Positions 11,830-25,165 of a stretch of DNA of 64,000 nucleotides are shown here, in pieces (position 1 is the first letter of the stretch; every line of letters starts with the position of its first letter). Below the pieces are notes generated by a model. The model did not search any database. It was not told the DNA's origin and saw only the letters and a list, made by a program, of their open reading frames with translations. Source of the DNA: Hydrolagus colliei (taxonomy: Eukaryota). The position numbers were made by a program, and so were the translations under genes. The stretch spans positions 5,580,001-5,644,000 of the forward strand of contig CM068750.1 in the NCBI GenBank assembly GCA_035084275.1, read 5' to 3'.

Positions 11830-12929
11830 CTGCCAGGCGAATGGACAAAATAACCTGAATGTGTTCTACAAAGTGTTCGACAAAGGAGATTTAAACCTCC
11901 TTTGTAGTTGCTGCCAGGCGAAAATTAGACCTTTTCGTTTGCGCTTGTGTTTAGGTATGTGAGCAGCAGAGCCCACACTCGGGATAGTGAAGGTGAAGAG
12001 ATCAGTTATCTTTTCTTACACTGCAGCTGATCTGTTTAGTTGCTTTGCTATGGTTTATTATGCATTGAATAAAACTTAGCTCCAGATAATCCATTGTCAA
12101 ATTTGTCAGAACATTTGATACTCAGTGGATTTATTATTAGCTTTCTACCTCACACACTGTTCTCATCAGACTTCAAAGACCGCTTGCAGTGATCTGGTTT
12201 AACACCCTGCTGCAATAGATAACTCTTTGAGTCAGCGTGGCAATATTTAATAAGCCTTTCAAGGCTAAATCCTCTGAAACTAATAGTGTGATAGCAAACA
12301 CTGCTACCATTTTATTCTGAAGAACAGATAAAAAAAAGGTGGTGTTAAGTATCTAATACAATGTTATCATCGCCCAGTTAGCAGAGCTTATTGGGTGCTC
12401 CCCTCTCTCTGACCCCCAAGTTAGAAGTTAACTAGTAAGTGCAGTCGCAGAATGAGGTCTGAGTTCAACTGACACCTCAATATTATTTTATCTAATCCCT
12501 AAAGTTAAGGAGTATTAAACCTGATGGAGTATTTCGACAGTGAAAAATGGAAATTGAAAGGAATCTAATCAAAGCGTGAAATCTTTCAACTGAAGCCCGG
12601 TTCTATAAGGATTAAATTGTACTCTTTTTGCACCAAAAATTGTTCAATTTTTAAGCTAAACTGAGGGGTTTTAGGCCTTATTCAATTCATCGGGATTAAC
12701 GCATGTGTGACCTTCCCTTTACAGAACGCTAGAGAACAGCTGTGGTTGTATGATAGTTGGTGTTTGTGACATGGCTCAGAGGTTTCACCTTTCCATTTAC
12801 GCCTTAATAGCAATTACATCAGGAAGCATCATACAGTATTGCAGTTTTTAATTCATGAAAAATATTACTTGTCCTCATCACCTGCTTATTTTTTACAGTT
12901 AATAGCACTACGCTTGAGGTGCTGATCTG

Positions 12930-13116
12930 TAATAATAATAATCCATACTTTTGATACAGTACCTTAGCATGTCTTTGAGACATCTCAAAGCACTTCACAA
13001 GATATACTGCAAAGCAAATCGACTGTATATTTTGTGGGTGAAACGTGGCAGCCAATTGTGCACAGCGGTGTCCCTCAAACAGTCATGGATTGAGCGACTG
13101 AATTATTTTGTTTTGT
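12930..13116 (-). mobile_element. 5'-truncated major SINE
   Basis: (taa)n tail plus the ggcagccaattgtgcacagc core. Confidence 0.88.
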
Positions 13117-13373
13117 AACCGGATCTGGAGAATATGAGAGTGAACCTGCGGTCCAATATTTGTTGTTTTAGTTTTGGGGGAAATGCTTCACCTCTCCTCA
13201 GATCCTCCTCTGGTACACAATGAAACTGAAATCTGACCACGTGGGAAATCATGCAGAGATATCTGCTGCACTATCATTCCACGCTATAACGCATTGGTAC
13301 ATCAACATGGCACCACACCAGACCCCCGATCAGTATCTGACTCGCAGCTTGAGAAATATTTAGAAAAACACTC

Positions 13374-13410
13374 AATCAGTCATCAGTGCAGAACCCAATG
13401 ATCAGAACCC
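13374..13410 (+). repeat. 37-bp direct repeat, copy 2
   Basis: Identical to 11793-11829. Confidence 0.95.
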
Positions 13411-13588
13411 TAGCAATTTGGCAAAGAAATTGCTGTTTGATGATGAAAGATATGAGACATGGTCGAGACACAATGCGGGAGTTTTGTTTTTACCAAATTT
13501 GGTTTCTGCACAGTTCTGTATTACTCGCTGATTCCTCCATGTCTCATTTTGAGATTTTATGAACTTGACTTCACCTTTTAATCCGTGT

Positions 13589-13857
13589 AGTACTGCAGCT
13601 CAGTGGTTAGAGCACTCGCTTTACGAGCGAGAGACCTGAGTTTGATTCCACATGCCTGATAATAATCCCTCAAGAAAAAAAAAAAATTTGGTAATTTCAA
13701 TCCACCACTGTTTCTTGGGACTCTGCTGTTCGAATTGACTGCCGCGTTTTGCCCACAAGTATCCAGTCAATTCACTTTACGGTATATTCAGTGAAATGCT
13801 TTGAGATGGCTAGAAGACATGAAAAGCGCTATACCAAATGCAAGGATTATCATTATT
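13589..13857 (+). mobile_element. Major SINE with internal deletion after the B box
   Basis: gctcagtggttagagcactcgc head; aaatgcaaggattat tail. Confidence 0.9.
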
Positions 13858-14589
13858 AATTATAATCTGTTTGTTTAGAAATGAGCAATTGTAAAATTAA
13901 TACAGTGGTTGATACATGGTGTACAGGAGCTGAGTTAACAAATACTCTGTCGGGTTTTTCGATTGTCGCTCAATATTTTGTTATACACTGGATTAAACAA
14001 ATGTCTGTTAAAGGATTTAATACGTCTACATTTGTTCTGGAAACCACTAACCTTTATTATATTGAACACTGTTAAGACTGATGCTAGGCTGGAATTAAAT
14101 AAAAGCGGATTTGGGAGAGCTATGATAAGCCCCTATGCAGAAATCTACTCCAAGAATATCCAACAAATCAGACAGTTAATCCGTGGTGTGTACAATTTAA
14201 GACCTTTTGAACTGCTTGTTACTTGTGAGTGAAACTTGAATATAATCAAAAACACACTGACTTCTTACAGTGGATGTGCAGATATCAAAACCTTTCAAGG
14301 CAGCAAGACAACCCAATGGCAAGTGATTGACATGGCTCAACACTTCTTTATTCTGCTTCTGTGGCCAGAGCAGGAGAGATGAATCATTTTTGGCTGCTTT
14401 CCCCATCCCTATTATCCGATGTTAAATCACAATCACCTCACCTCTGTTTAGTTCCCATTGGAGTTTGCAGCACGCAGATTGATCGCTGGGCATGTGGGCC
14501 TAAAGCATTCATTCTGTGTGACTCAATCTGTTATTCACATCAGTTTGACTAAAATTATGTCGAGCTCACTTGTGTCACTAAGATCATTC

Positions 14590-14657
14590 AGAGAATCAGA
14601 GGAATTTACAGCACAGAAGGAGGCCAATTGGTCCATTCAGTCTGCACTGGCTCTTAG
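14590..14657 (-). mobile_element. CR1-type 3' tail fragment
   Basis: ttacagcacagaaggaggcca..ggtccattcagtctgcactggctct, a typical shark CR1/CR1-SINE tail. Confidence 0.6.
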
Positions 14658-15599
14658 AGCTCTCACTGTAGCTCTCGTATTGTGTTGTGTCCTGTTTCCT
14701 GTAGGTTAACAGTGCCTTTGTTTGGTGGCATAGTGCGCAAGAGAGTACTTTATTTTCTCCCGGACTGTTAAATCTATCCCACCTGCTGATTCAGTGATAC
14801 CACGAGGCATTTAGTTGCACCAGTCAATCACAGCCAGAAAAATGTTGAGCAATTACAGAGTAGGTTTAGCTTCTTTTGGATTCCATATTTTACTTGCAGC
14901 TACTGCAGACACTAACTCAATAATAAAAGGGGGAGCAAATACATGGAATTAATGATGGTGAGAAACAATTCAATTCTTAAAGTCTCATTTGGAGCTTCAC
15001 GGCTGCAATGGATGAACCAGAGACCCAGGGAATCGAAACTCCAAATTATAACTTACTGGAGAACATACAGTATTATTTATGAAGTCCTAGACCATTTAAA
15101 TGGCTGGTATGACATTCCTCAGATAGCCAGGGTGGTAATGCACAAGATAACCTTTCTTTTATTACTTAAGAGAGTTTCTTTTGTAAAACGGCAGCCAAAG
15201 ACGTTAAATGTAACCAATTCTCTAAGTGACTCACGTCGACACTTTTTCACACCGATGCTTTTTATGTGCAACCCCAGCCCTGCTTGCAGGCTCTATAGAA
15301 TAGATGTCAAGAGGAGTCGACCAGAAACTGGAGAGGAGTTATAAGCAAACTCCCACTTGGTGATGGCTACTGAAAGTACCAACAACCATCATGACAAACT
15401 TTTACCAGTGCTCAATGCACGTTAAGATTTTCTTCCCTTTCTGTGGGCAGTGAATTTATAGCAACTCTTTAATTGATACTGACAAGCTTAGGTATGAGCT
15501 AAATCTGCAATATTAATAGGCTTTTCTTCTTTGGCGCTGTGTATTGAGCGAGCTAAGGGCGCCACAAGTGACTGACTCAAAAGAAGCCACGTATGAAAA

Positions 15600-15789
15600 T
15601 AATAAAATAAGAATGTGGTCACTCAATCCACGATTGTTTGGGGACACGCTGTGCGGAATTGATTGCTGAGTTTCGCCCACAAAATACACATTCAGTACAC
15701 TTTACAATATATTCTGTGAGGCACTGTGCTTTCTCAAAAACATGATTAGTCGCTATATCAAATGCAAGAATTATTATTAGTATTATATT
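15600..15789 (+). mobile_element. 5'-truncated major SINE
   Basis: tggtcactcaatccacga...tttcgcccacaaa...tatcaaatgcaagaattattatt. Confidence 0.85.
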
Positions 15790-16909
15790 AAAAGGCCATT
15801 GGTAGTCACAATTAAAATTATTCTCTGCTTTTATACTCTTAAAGGAACGCTGTCCTTTGGGGTCATTTGTTCTTGAACAAGCTGCATTGCTTTATGTTGA
15901 CCTGAGCTTTGGATAATTTGTAGTTCAAGTTAAACACTGTGGCTGGACAGGGCTGGGCACAGCTCCAAATGCCTCCAGCAAAGTTTCCCAACAAAACACT
16001 AGGGACAGGGCTAATCCGAACCTGCCCAAGAACTCCTCAGAGCGGTAACAAAGCCACGTCAAAGACCAGGTCAGTTGTGAAGTTGTTGTTATGGTAACGC
16101 AATCCCGGATTGCCATGACACAGCTTAACATGCTTTCTTCCTTTGGTTCTTTTTCTGTGCACTTGAAATATTTTACATGCATTTATTTGTTTCTTGGAAG
16201 ATTTCATTGAGGTCTGCTGAAACTCAGGCAGAGGCATCAAGGCCCTGGTAGAAAAAAAGATCCAAGGCAACCAATATGCTCTGTACCCTCACTAGATTTG
16301 AGTCCTTAGGAGACACTCATAGTGTGTCATAATGAGTTACATGATATGGTGAATGCCAATGCAATGCAGCATAAACAAGTCAGGACCCAAGGTCTCACAG
16401 CTTGAAAAGGGAGGCTTGTAATGAGGATGACGCCTAAGAATTTATGCTATCTCGGAGGCGTTTACTATAAATTTACACTGAGTTTTATTTCATGGGTGTG
16501 TGTTGTAATTTCACTGCTCAGCGACTGCATTGAAGTTAAAATCTATAAAATACTCCTTTGAATTATCATGTAATGTTCTGACCCAGAACCCATTTAGAAA
16601 AAAAGTACCAATTAATCCCCTTTGCCAGGCACAGACTGCAGCCCCACTGACAGTAAATTACTGAGATTCTTTTGCTCATGCAAAGCAATGGTGCTCCCAA
16701 TGTCTGCCACCCTCTGTGCATAATAACGTGCTGATCTATACATTCAGAAATCCCGTCAGACAACCAAATGATATTCCGATGTGCGCTGAAACCTAGTGCA
16801 CAATGTGCTAAGATGCATCTAGCAATACTCTCTGATCACTGATGCGCAGCTTTCTGTAGCATTATTTTCATGTCAGAAATGCTCTTGATTTATAAAAATA
16901 ACAATGCAG

Positions 16910-17214
16910 TAATAATATTTGATGTAGCACTTTTCATATCTTCTAGATTCTCAAAGCGCTTCACAGAAGATACTGTAAAGTGAATTGACAGTACCTTTTG
17001 TGGGCAAAACGTGGCAGCCATTTACGCACAGCAGTGTCCCACAAAAGGTCATGGTTTGAAGTGAGCAATTTATTATTGTTTTATCTTGTTTTCTTGGGGA
17101 ATTCTTATCAGGCGTGTGGAGCAAGGAAGCTTGCCCAAGGTTTTGCCCTGCCGGGAATGGAATCTATGTCTCTCACTTGCAAGGCGAGCGCTCTAAACAC
17201 TGAGCTGCAGGACT
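16910..17214 (-). mobile_element. Full-length major SINE
   Basis: Colinear with 4592-4883, including the tRNA head. Confidence 0.92.
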
Positions 17215-17614
17215 TGCTTATAATGGCAATACCACTGTTTTTCTTGTTTTGCATTTTTAGCAAAGTATTCAAACTCTTTTGTTTGTTTCACAAATTATTC
17301 ACACATGTTCTGTCATACATAGAAAGTAGGTGGGCTGGGGGAAGCACACTGGATTGAAACACCTCAGTTGAATGCGATACATTCTGTTCTTTCTCTGTTC
17401 TGTTCTCTGATCTTTCTAAACGTTTGGACAAGAGCAAAACACCATGACCTTGATTGATAAAGAAAGGCCTTATAAAGAAAATACTCATCTACAACTCTTT
17501 TTTAAAAGGAACAAAAGTACATTGTTTTACTGCTCCCTCAGTGGCTTGAATGTCCGGCAAGATTATGCAGCAAACAGTTGAATCAGATACATCCCGAAAG
17601 TCCCAAGCTAGAAG

Positions 17615-17745
17615 TCAGTTCACGTTGAATTTGCTGATCTGAGGCAGGGCAGAACAGAGACTCTACAATTGGCCTCACTGCGTTGAGTTAGGAAGGGGAA
17701 AAGCACAAAATATTCCTGCTCCCGATTCCTATGATTATCCCTGTG
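17615..17745 (+). mobile_element. Old AmnSINE2/Nin-domain-like SINE fragment
   Basis: ctacaattggcctca...taggaaggggaaaa...ttcctgctcccgat matches the recalled AmnSINE2 core ctacaattggcctcag..agggaggggaaaatcagccagggttcccgctcctgat. Confidence 0.6.
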
Positions 17746-17849
17746 AAACATTGCTCCTATATAGGAAGCAAAGGATCTGGTTAAGTTGGAGAGGATGAGT
17801 CGAAGTCTCCTATGTGGGGGAAGGGGCACTGGTATCTCAGGAAAAGATG

Positions 17850-19060
17850 CAACAGGAAACTTTGTGGATGTCGTTACCAGTCGGAGGAGGAAAGGATTAA
17901 TGATAGGGGAATGTCATTGACTTCCATCTCACACACAGAGAAAAATTACGAGGATGGAACACGGCTGTAGGATGTGATTTAAAAAATATATTAAAGTTGT
18001 AATACTCAAACAATCCATAGGAACGGAAAAATCAAACAAGAGAAGCAGATTTCGGAAACCTGGAGAGGAAAGGAAGGGACAAAAACTCTGGCAGCCCGTT
18101 AAAATTAGTTCAAAGGAAGATTAAAAATTAAAAGAGGGCCCTAGAGTTAAGTAAAGATGTGAAGCATAATACAGTCCTAAGGAAATTACTTCAGCATCGT
18201 AACACGCAGAGTGGAAGTTAACACTCTTAAAAGTAAAACTGGCAGAATTAAAATGAGCTTTCTTTCGCTGGTTCTCCTGACATATTCGAAACCAGCGCAG
18301 CACAGGAACTTGAAACAAGCTCAAGGCGATCTCAAAACAACAAACTCCCTGGACCAGATGGTACAAGTCCTCCGGTGCTGAAGCTAACCACGGAGAATAT
18401 TTATGGGGCTTTGACTGTCATAATTCCTGAGCTCCAGTGAGGCTTCACAGCACTAGAAGCAGATTGGTGTAACACCACTGCTAAAACGGGAAGCTAAACC
18501 GAGGCAGGAAATTGCCAGGTCAATATCCTAAGAACAATAATATTTAAAATAATAGGATCCATTGGGAGAGATTTGTTGAGGAAGCAAGCACCTCTATTGC
18601 TACAACAACAACAACAATAATCCTTGCATTTGATATAGCGCTTTTCACGTCTTTTAGACGTCTCAAAGTGCTTCACAGAATATACTGTAAAGTGAATTGA
18701 CTGTTTATTTGTGGGTGAAATGCGGCAGCCAATTGCACATAGCAGTGTCCCACAAACAGTCGTGGACTGAAATGACCAATTTTATCATTGTTCTTTTTGA
18801 GGGATTATTATTAGGTGTGTGCAGTAAGGAAACTTGCCTAAGGTTTCATCCTGCCTGGATTCGAACACAGGTCTCACGCTTGTAAGGCGAGTGGTCTAAC
18901 CATTGAGCTACAATTTAATAAGATAAAGGCAACGTGGGAAGGTTATATCTAGAAGATCTAATGGATGTGACAGATCAAGTGGATAGTAATCCCCAACAAT
19001 GCCTCATTGGAATGAATCCAGCCTTCACATGAACAAGATTTGAGAAATATTTGCTGTTTA
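17850..19060 (+). mobile_element. Decayed CR1 ORF2 fragment, split by a SINE
   Basis: Region ~18345-18580 gives PGPDGTSPPVLK and VTPLLKRE..GNCQVNIL, matching CR1 KSPGPDG.HPRVLKE and ANVTPLFKKG..GNYRPVSL; resumes after 18912. Confidence 0.65.
18602..18912 (-). mobile_element. Near full-length major SINE with hybrid (ATT)/(TTG)n tail
   Basis: Intact B box (ggattcgaac on +), colinear body, tail reads (caa)n taatccttgcatttg. Confidence 0.92.
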
Positions 19061-20713
19061 TAGGCACTATACCAAAGGATTATTATAATGAATGAATCTC
19101 AATTCAACGAAATTGTGATTGAAACTATTTTCAACACAAAATGTTCATCTGTCATCATTCAAAGGCATAAATCACCTTATGTCTTATGGTGAAGTTCACA
19201 ATAGTATAAATGAGACAGCAATCAACGTCCACAATTAAACCACCTTCCTTTTGATAAAATTATACAATAATGACAGCTATAAGACAAGAAATTGACAACC
19301 GAAGAGAACAAGTCTTGGTTTTGCTTTGATTTTGCCCCTCAGTAAAAGTTCTGCCAATGCCTTGTGGCTGAACCTCTATAACAAAAATAAGTTAAGAAAA
19401 GAAAATGCAAATCTAAAAGTAACAACTGATGAAATCTCCAAATGACATTGCACTCGTTTAGATCATTGTACTGTAATATTATACGCGGTAGGGGAAACCA
19501 AGAAACACAATTGTATTTCTGAATTCATTGTGCTTAATCCTATGAACTGACCTTCATTCCAGAGGAAACGCCCTACAAGAACAGGAACTATTTATAGTTT
19601 TGTTTTCTTGACTCGTAGGCAATAAATATGGTGGGAATGTCGATTATCTGAAACAGCCATCTTGTCTGTGCAAGAGCAGTCCTTTTCTTATAAAAAGGCC
19701 TATTGTCTGTAATTGGTAGTGTTGCAGTGAAGAGAGGTGTTGGATTCATCAAGTGATTACAATAAGCAATGCTACGAAAGGATAATAAAATCTAAATCTC
19801 ATTTGTTCCACTTCGATTTCTTCATCTGCATAGAACTCTATAAAAGCAGCATCTGTTGTTTCAATAAGCAACCGAAAAGACACAACGCTATTGCTAATTC
19901 AATTTACATTCTTAAACCCATTGTACCATATATTACATTCACTTGATATCTGGCCCAATATAATGTTGTTTTAAAAATTTAAATTGGAGCTATTTAATTC
20001 TGATAATGAGATTGGTGAGAACATTTTGCTGTCAAATCCCTCCTGAGGTTGCCCCTGAACACCTGGATCATTGCATTCATTGCGATTTATTTGAAATCGT
20101 ATTCTTACTGTTACCAATAAGGATCTCATCAGGTTTCCTGAGAGGATTTCTATCCCATACACAGTTTTTGACAGGCTAGATATAAGGCATGATGATAGCT
20201 GCCACTGAACGAATGAACCCTGCAAAATGTACTTACCCTAAGTTATTTGTAACACTGAGACCGGTGAGAAATTCTTGTTAAAAATCACAGCAGTATTGTG
20301 GTATAAGAATACCCTGGCAAATAATTTTCTGATAGTGAATTTGCATTTGGTGTCAGCTTCAGGTAATCCTTGCCGATAGAAAACAGTCACTACACTTGAT
20401 AATAATGACAATTTTGTGGTACTCATCTTGGGATGTGAATGATGCTGACATTGATGATGCATTTTCCTGATTGCCTCAAGAAAGTGTTAATGATTTTATT
20501 CTTCAATGTCATTGTCACGGCAATGATACTCTCGTGATACTGTTGGGTGTGGAGATGAGGAGCAACTAGGAAGGGACCTTGGTGGTGGTGTTCTCAGATC
20601 TGGGAGGTGCTGTCAAAGCACAGGCAGTGAATTGGGACAACACATTCTGTGGATAATGTACATTACAGCCACACAATCGTTAAGTGACGGAATGATTCTT
20701 GACACAAGTAGTT

Positions 20714-21064
20714 GGAGCTCCTGTGGAGCTCCTGTGACTCAATGGTTAGAGCACCTGTCTTGCAAGCTGGGGAGACCAAGTTGGGGAGACCTGTGTTCGA
20801 ATCCAGGCAGGTCAGGGCGAAACCTTGGGCAAGTTTCCTTATTCCACACGTCTAATAATAATCCCTCCAAAAAAACCACAATAATAAAATTGGTCATTTC
20901 AATCCATGACTGCTTGTGGGACACTGTTGTACACAATTGGCTGCCGCGTTTTGCCCACAAATATATACAGTCAATTCACTTTACAGTATATTCTGTAAAG
21001 CGCTTTGGGACATTTATAAGATGTGAAAAGAGCGATATAAAATGCAAGGATTATTATTATTATT
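20714..21064 (+). mobile_element. Full-length major SINE with two small internal duplications
   Basis: ggagctcctgt x2 at the 5' end, tggggagacc x2, B box gttcgaatcc, (tat)n tail. Confidence 0.92.
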
Positions 21065-22188
21065 GTTGGGATACTGATGAAGCAAACTGCTTTTACCTAG
21101 TGATGTTGAGGTACTCTGAAACAAGGGTATCCTATTGCCTTAACCCCAGGTTAGAAATAGCACTACCAAAAGTGGAATGACCCTCCCCTTATTCTTAATG
21201 CAATATTAAGGCTGACTGCTCCTGTAAGTACTTTACAATTACTGTATGCTGGAAAAATAGATTGTGTCAGGGTGGAGTTCCCATAGGGTGGCATCGTGAT
21301 GCACTTCCAGTAACTATCAGAAGTTGCTATTTGTGATGCACAGTCACTATTAGAGACTGTTCTGAGTTTTGGCATATGAGATCCATTGTGTAATAAATGC
21401 TCGTTGTATTGAATGCAAGAATTCCAACACAATGGCTCACAGCAAACACAAAACCAAAATGCTGCAGCCGACGTTTCCTGTATTTTGATGCTTTTTGTAA
21501 TTTTGCTATTAAAGCAGCCACATTTATTATATGTAAATTATGGACAATTAGTTTAACTATGCCCTTTTAGAATTGTTTATCAAAAATTCACTGAACGGGA
21601 TTTTTGTTTGCCTGAGTGAAATAATTGATTTGCATATGTGTATTTGCATATATGTTAATAAGTAAAGACTGAGATGAGAAAGCCACAATCATATTCAGAT
21701 AAATCCTCCGACAATTATGTTTTCTATAGAGTGAAGCACAGGGATATGAATACATTTGCAAACAAAGGAGCTCTAGCAGTTTATGTGTTAGTCTAAATTC
21801 AAAAATGTTAACTAATATCTGCCATACTTGTAATTTCCTCATAAAGGTTCATTTTAGGTTGATCAGGATATATGAGGGAATCTCATTAAATATTTTACCA
21901 TGTTTTGACAGACAATGTGATAGTTCAGCTGTGGTTCAAAACCCTAAATTAATCTGAATATGTTTGGTTCATCCTAGTCATCCAAAGCTTAGTACTGTAG
22001 CTCAGATAAAGTGAATTTTTCAAAATACAGCATAGATATATTTAATGGGCATCTGGGGAAATGAGTGCTTACTACATTCACAGACAAAGGGAAGTGTTGT
22101 TCGGTATCAGCCCAGTTTGAATACTTTCAACCATGGTGATCGGTTTCCGCGTGTGTCAGACTGACTGAAAACTGAAAACACTATGCTG

Positions 22189-22412
22189 TATAATAATACT
22201 TATATTTGATATAGGGCTTTTTATGTCTTCTAGACGCTCAGAGCGCTTCACAGAGTATACTGTAAAGTGAATTGACTGTGTATTTTGTGAGTGTAACGCA
22301 GGAGCCAATTGAGCACAGCAGTGTCCCACAAACAGTCGTGGATTGAGTAATCAATTATTATCTTTTCAATTTTGTTGAGGGTCCATCATCAGGCGTGTGG
22401 AGTAAGGAAAGT
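22189..22412 (-). mobile_element. 5'-truncated major SINE
   Basis: Tail through aggcgtgtggagtaaggaaa. Confidence 0.88.
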
Positions 22413-22548
22413 TGTATGTACAAGGAGCTGGTCAGTCACCACTGAAAGTCAGGTGAGTAAAATTCTTCTGATATAGAAATTGGGGCCATAATATTATAAG
22501 TGGGACCACAGTAAACAGGGGCAGATTCTTACATAGGGCAGCCTACGT

Positions 22549-22662
22549 TAATAATAATAATAATAATCCTTGCATTTGATATAGCACTTTTCAGGTCTTC
22601 TAAAGCACTTCACAGAATATATCAGAAAGTGAATTGATTGTATATTTGTGGGCGAAACGCGA
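22549..22662 (-). mobile_element. Major SINE 3' fragment
   Basis: (taa)n tccttgcatttgatatagc...gtgggcgaaacgcg. Confidence 0.88.
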
Positions 22663-24019
22663 CTGTGGATAGCATCAAGGACAAGGTCAGCCTACCCACC
22701 TGAATATTATTCTAATGGCAGAAACAATCAATTTCACTCATACTTCTATGGCTGACCTAAAAAAATACAAATCACTAGAATAAAATGCAAAATGAAAATG
22801 CATTTTAATGAAATGTTGAGCAAGGCAATAGCTACCTTGCATTTTCACATGAAAGCCTGAAGTATCATCAGGAGAAAGCCTGTTGCGGCAAAGAACATGT
22901 GGTTTCTTTGCAGAAAGATGTTCACATAATTGAATGGAGCATCATGTTGCCGCACATTTACAGGAAATGTGAATAAGCAGGCAGAACAATAAAGGCATGC
23001 AAGCCACAAAATGTGGTCCTTACACAAGGATACAATTGTCATGGCAACATCATATTTTGATGGGCATTGATGTTATTATTGTCTACTGTTTGCTGCGCGT
23101 GTTTGTTAATGAATGATTACGACGCAAAAGACCAATATATCTCCTGCAAATATTTGTAGTTAGGTACGTGGGTCTTTTAATAGTTGCGGCATTCCCTGCC
23201 AAAAAGCAGACGTGCAGATGAATGGCAGAGCAGCAGAAGGAGGTGAATCCTTGGAAACAACCAGATATTCACGCAAACGCCAAGAAAACATGAAAGATTG
23301 GCAAATAAACAAACCAGCAAGGACCTGACGAAGTCTGATAAGCTTTCAGATGCAAGGCTTTCGTTATCTTAAATCTCGGGTGTACCTATGAGGGAATGTT
23401 GAATTTAACAATTAGACTTTTACCAAACAATTCCAAAAGTGCACAATGAAAACCTACGTATATCACTGTATTATAGCAATTCATTATACAGTCGTTTGCA
23501 AGTCACGAAGAGCAATTTTCATGTCTACAGAAAAGCATTCCTGTTGAGTGCATGATTAGTACGTCTTCCAAAGCATTCTTGTCCTGTCGATTCTTCTGAT
23601 CCACGCAGAGAGTAAATTGAGATTAAACCGTGGAGATTCACTGTGCAGTATAAATCTTCAAGAAATCGTAGAGGCTGATCTATTTTGCCGGAATGTGGTA
23701 AGATGGGAGGATTACTATAGATTTGAAAGAATCCTTTGGAGATTCTAAATACATTGAAGTGACGTCCGTGCCTTCTACTTCAATCGGGAAGCACAAATTG
23801 GGTGTGTAATGAACAAGTTATCTCCGCAGAGCTTCAGCAGATAAAATTGCATTGAGAAAATAGAACGTGATCAGCCTTTGGCTTGCCAAGCATCAATCAT
23901 TGCTTCCAAACCAATAGTGCCCTGTATAGTCATTAGATGAAGGATCAATGTTTTACTATTTATTCGAAGGCACACACAGTACTGTAGATCTTATAGTATC
24001 CAAACAATAGCATCAGTAG

Positions 24020-25165
24020 AACCATTCTGTACATTGATTGTCTGCCATTTAATGGATGGACCTCTGGCAGGGAGGCTGCTATCCATCTGTCAGTAGCAAT
24101 TTGTGTCAATTATCTGTTGTATGATATTAGGATGCAGTAAATGCACCAATTAATGTTGTAAATATTGATTTAGCTGGAAATTGATAAAAATGAAGCAGCT
24201 GTATTGATATGTCATGAAAAATTTAAGTCTGTGGATCCTGACTGATTCGCCTCATTGACTCCAATTACCGCTACCCCTAGGTTGAGTTAAAAGAGACTCC
24301 AAACAGTTAGACATGAACCAGTTCAGGGATGATGTTGCATTTTAAATAGACAAGTTGACAATTAGTGCATTTTTAAACTCCACAAACTCAAAACAGGCTT
24401 TTTGACAAGGCAGGGGGAAAACAATCTTTCCTTATCTTATTTGTAGCGCATTTTGATTTCAGGCTGAGAAGGTAAGCGGACTACCAACACCAGTGATTTA
24501 TCCAGTAGGCTCTCACAAGCCTCCCTGGAAAAGGAAAGGTTGAACCATGCTCTGTTAGTGGAACCTTTGCCAGATTACTTCACTCAACAAAACACTCTGT
24601 GTCTCTGCTCAATATTCTAGCAACAGCTGAGAATTGCCCACTGCCATCTGGGGTAAATCAAAATGATGTGAGATTATTTGACGCCTGTGACCATTAATAG
24701 AAAGAGCACGGCAGTTAATAAAGAAATTCCTTCAGTCAGTGTGCAGTGAATGATCAAAATCATGAGTTTTCTCTTTGGGGCTATCTCCAAATACAGGATA
24801 AGCTGAGTATGAAATGTTTCTAGCCTCCTTCAGTGTTGGAAACCTTCTATGGTTCTGCTCCACGAAGCACGTTTGTTGTTCTCCACTGTTTAATAAGTTG
24901 CGAATTTGTCCCCATGTCCTTATGGGCATTGCTAATGAATTTTTTAAAAGTAGCGTTTTCAATTTACATGTTTACAGTCCTGTTAAACTTTAAGTGTGCA
25001 TTAGAGTTATTCTGTGCAGTTGCTTATTCTGTAATGTGGGTTTGGTGCAGGCGATTTATTATTGAGCGGCACAGAACAGATGTAAACCAAACGACTGACA
25101 TGGGAATGGCAGAAACAGAAATTAATTAGGCTCCTGACATCAGGAAATATATTGGTCCTTCAGGT
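24020..25165. promoter_or_regulatory. Candidate conserved non-coding element/enhancer block
   Basis: Repeat-free and high-complexity; dense TAAT/TAATTA, TGAC/TGTCA, CAGCTG/CATCTG and TGATTT motifs; conservation not tested. Confidence 0.35.

Noticed and set aside
14943-15344. 133-aa ATG-initiated ORF
   Set aside because: No motif, splice context or compositional signal of a real protein; length is compatible with chance in 64 kb.
20632-21180. 182-aa ORF
   Set aside because: Reads through a SINE; the KCKDYYYY end is the SINE tail and recurs in other repeat-derived ORFs.
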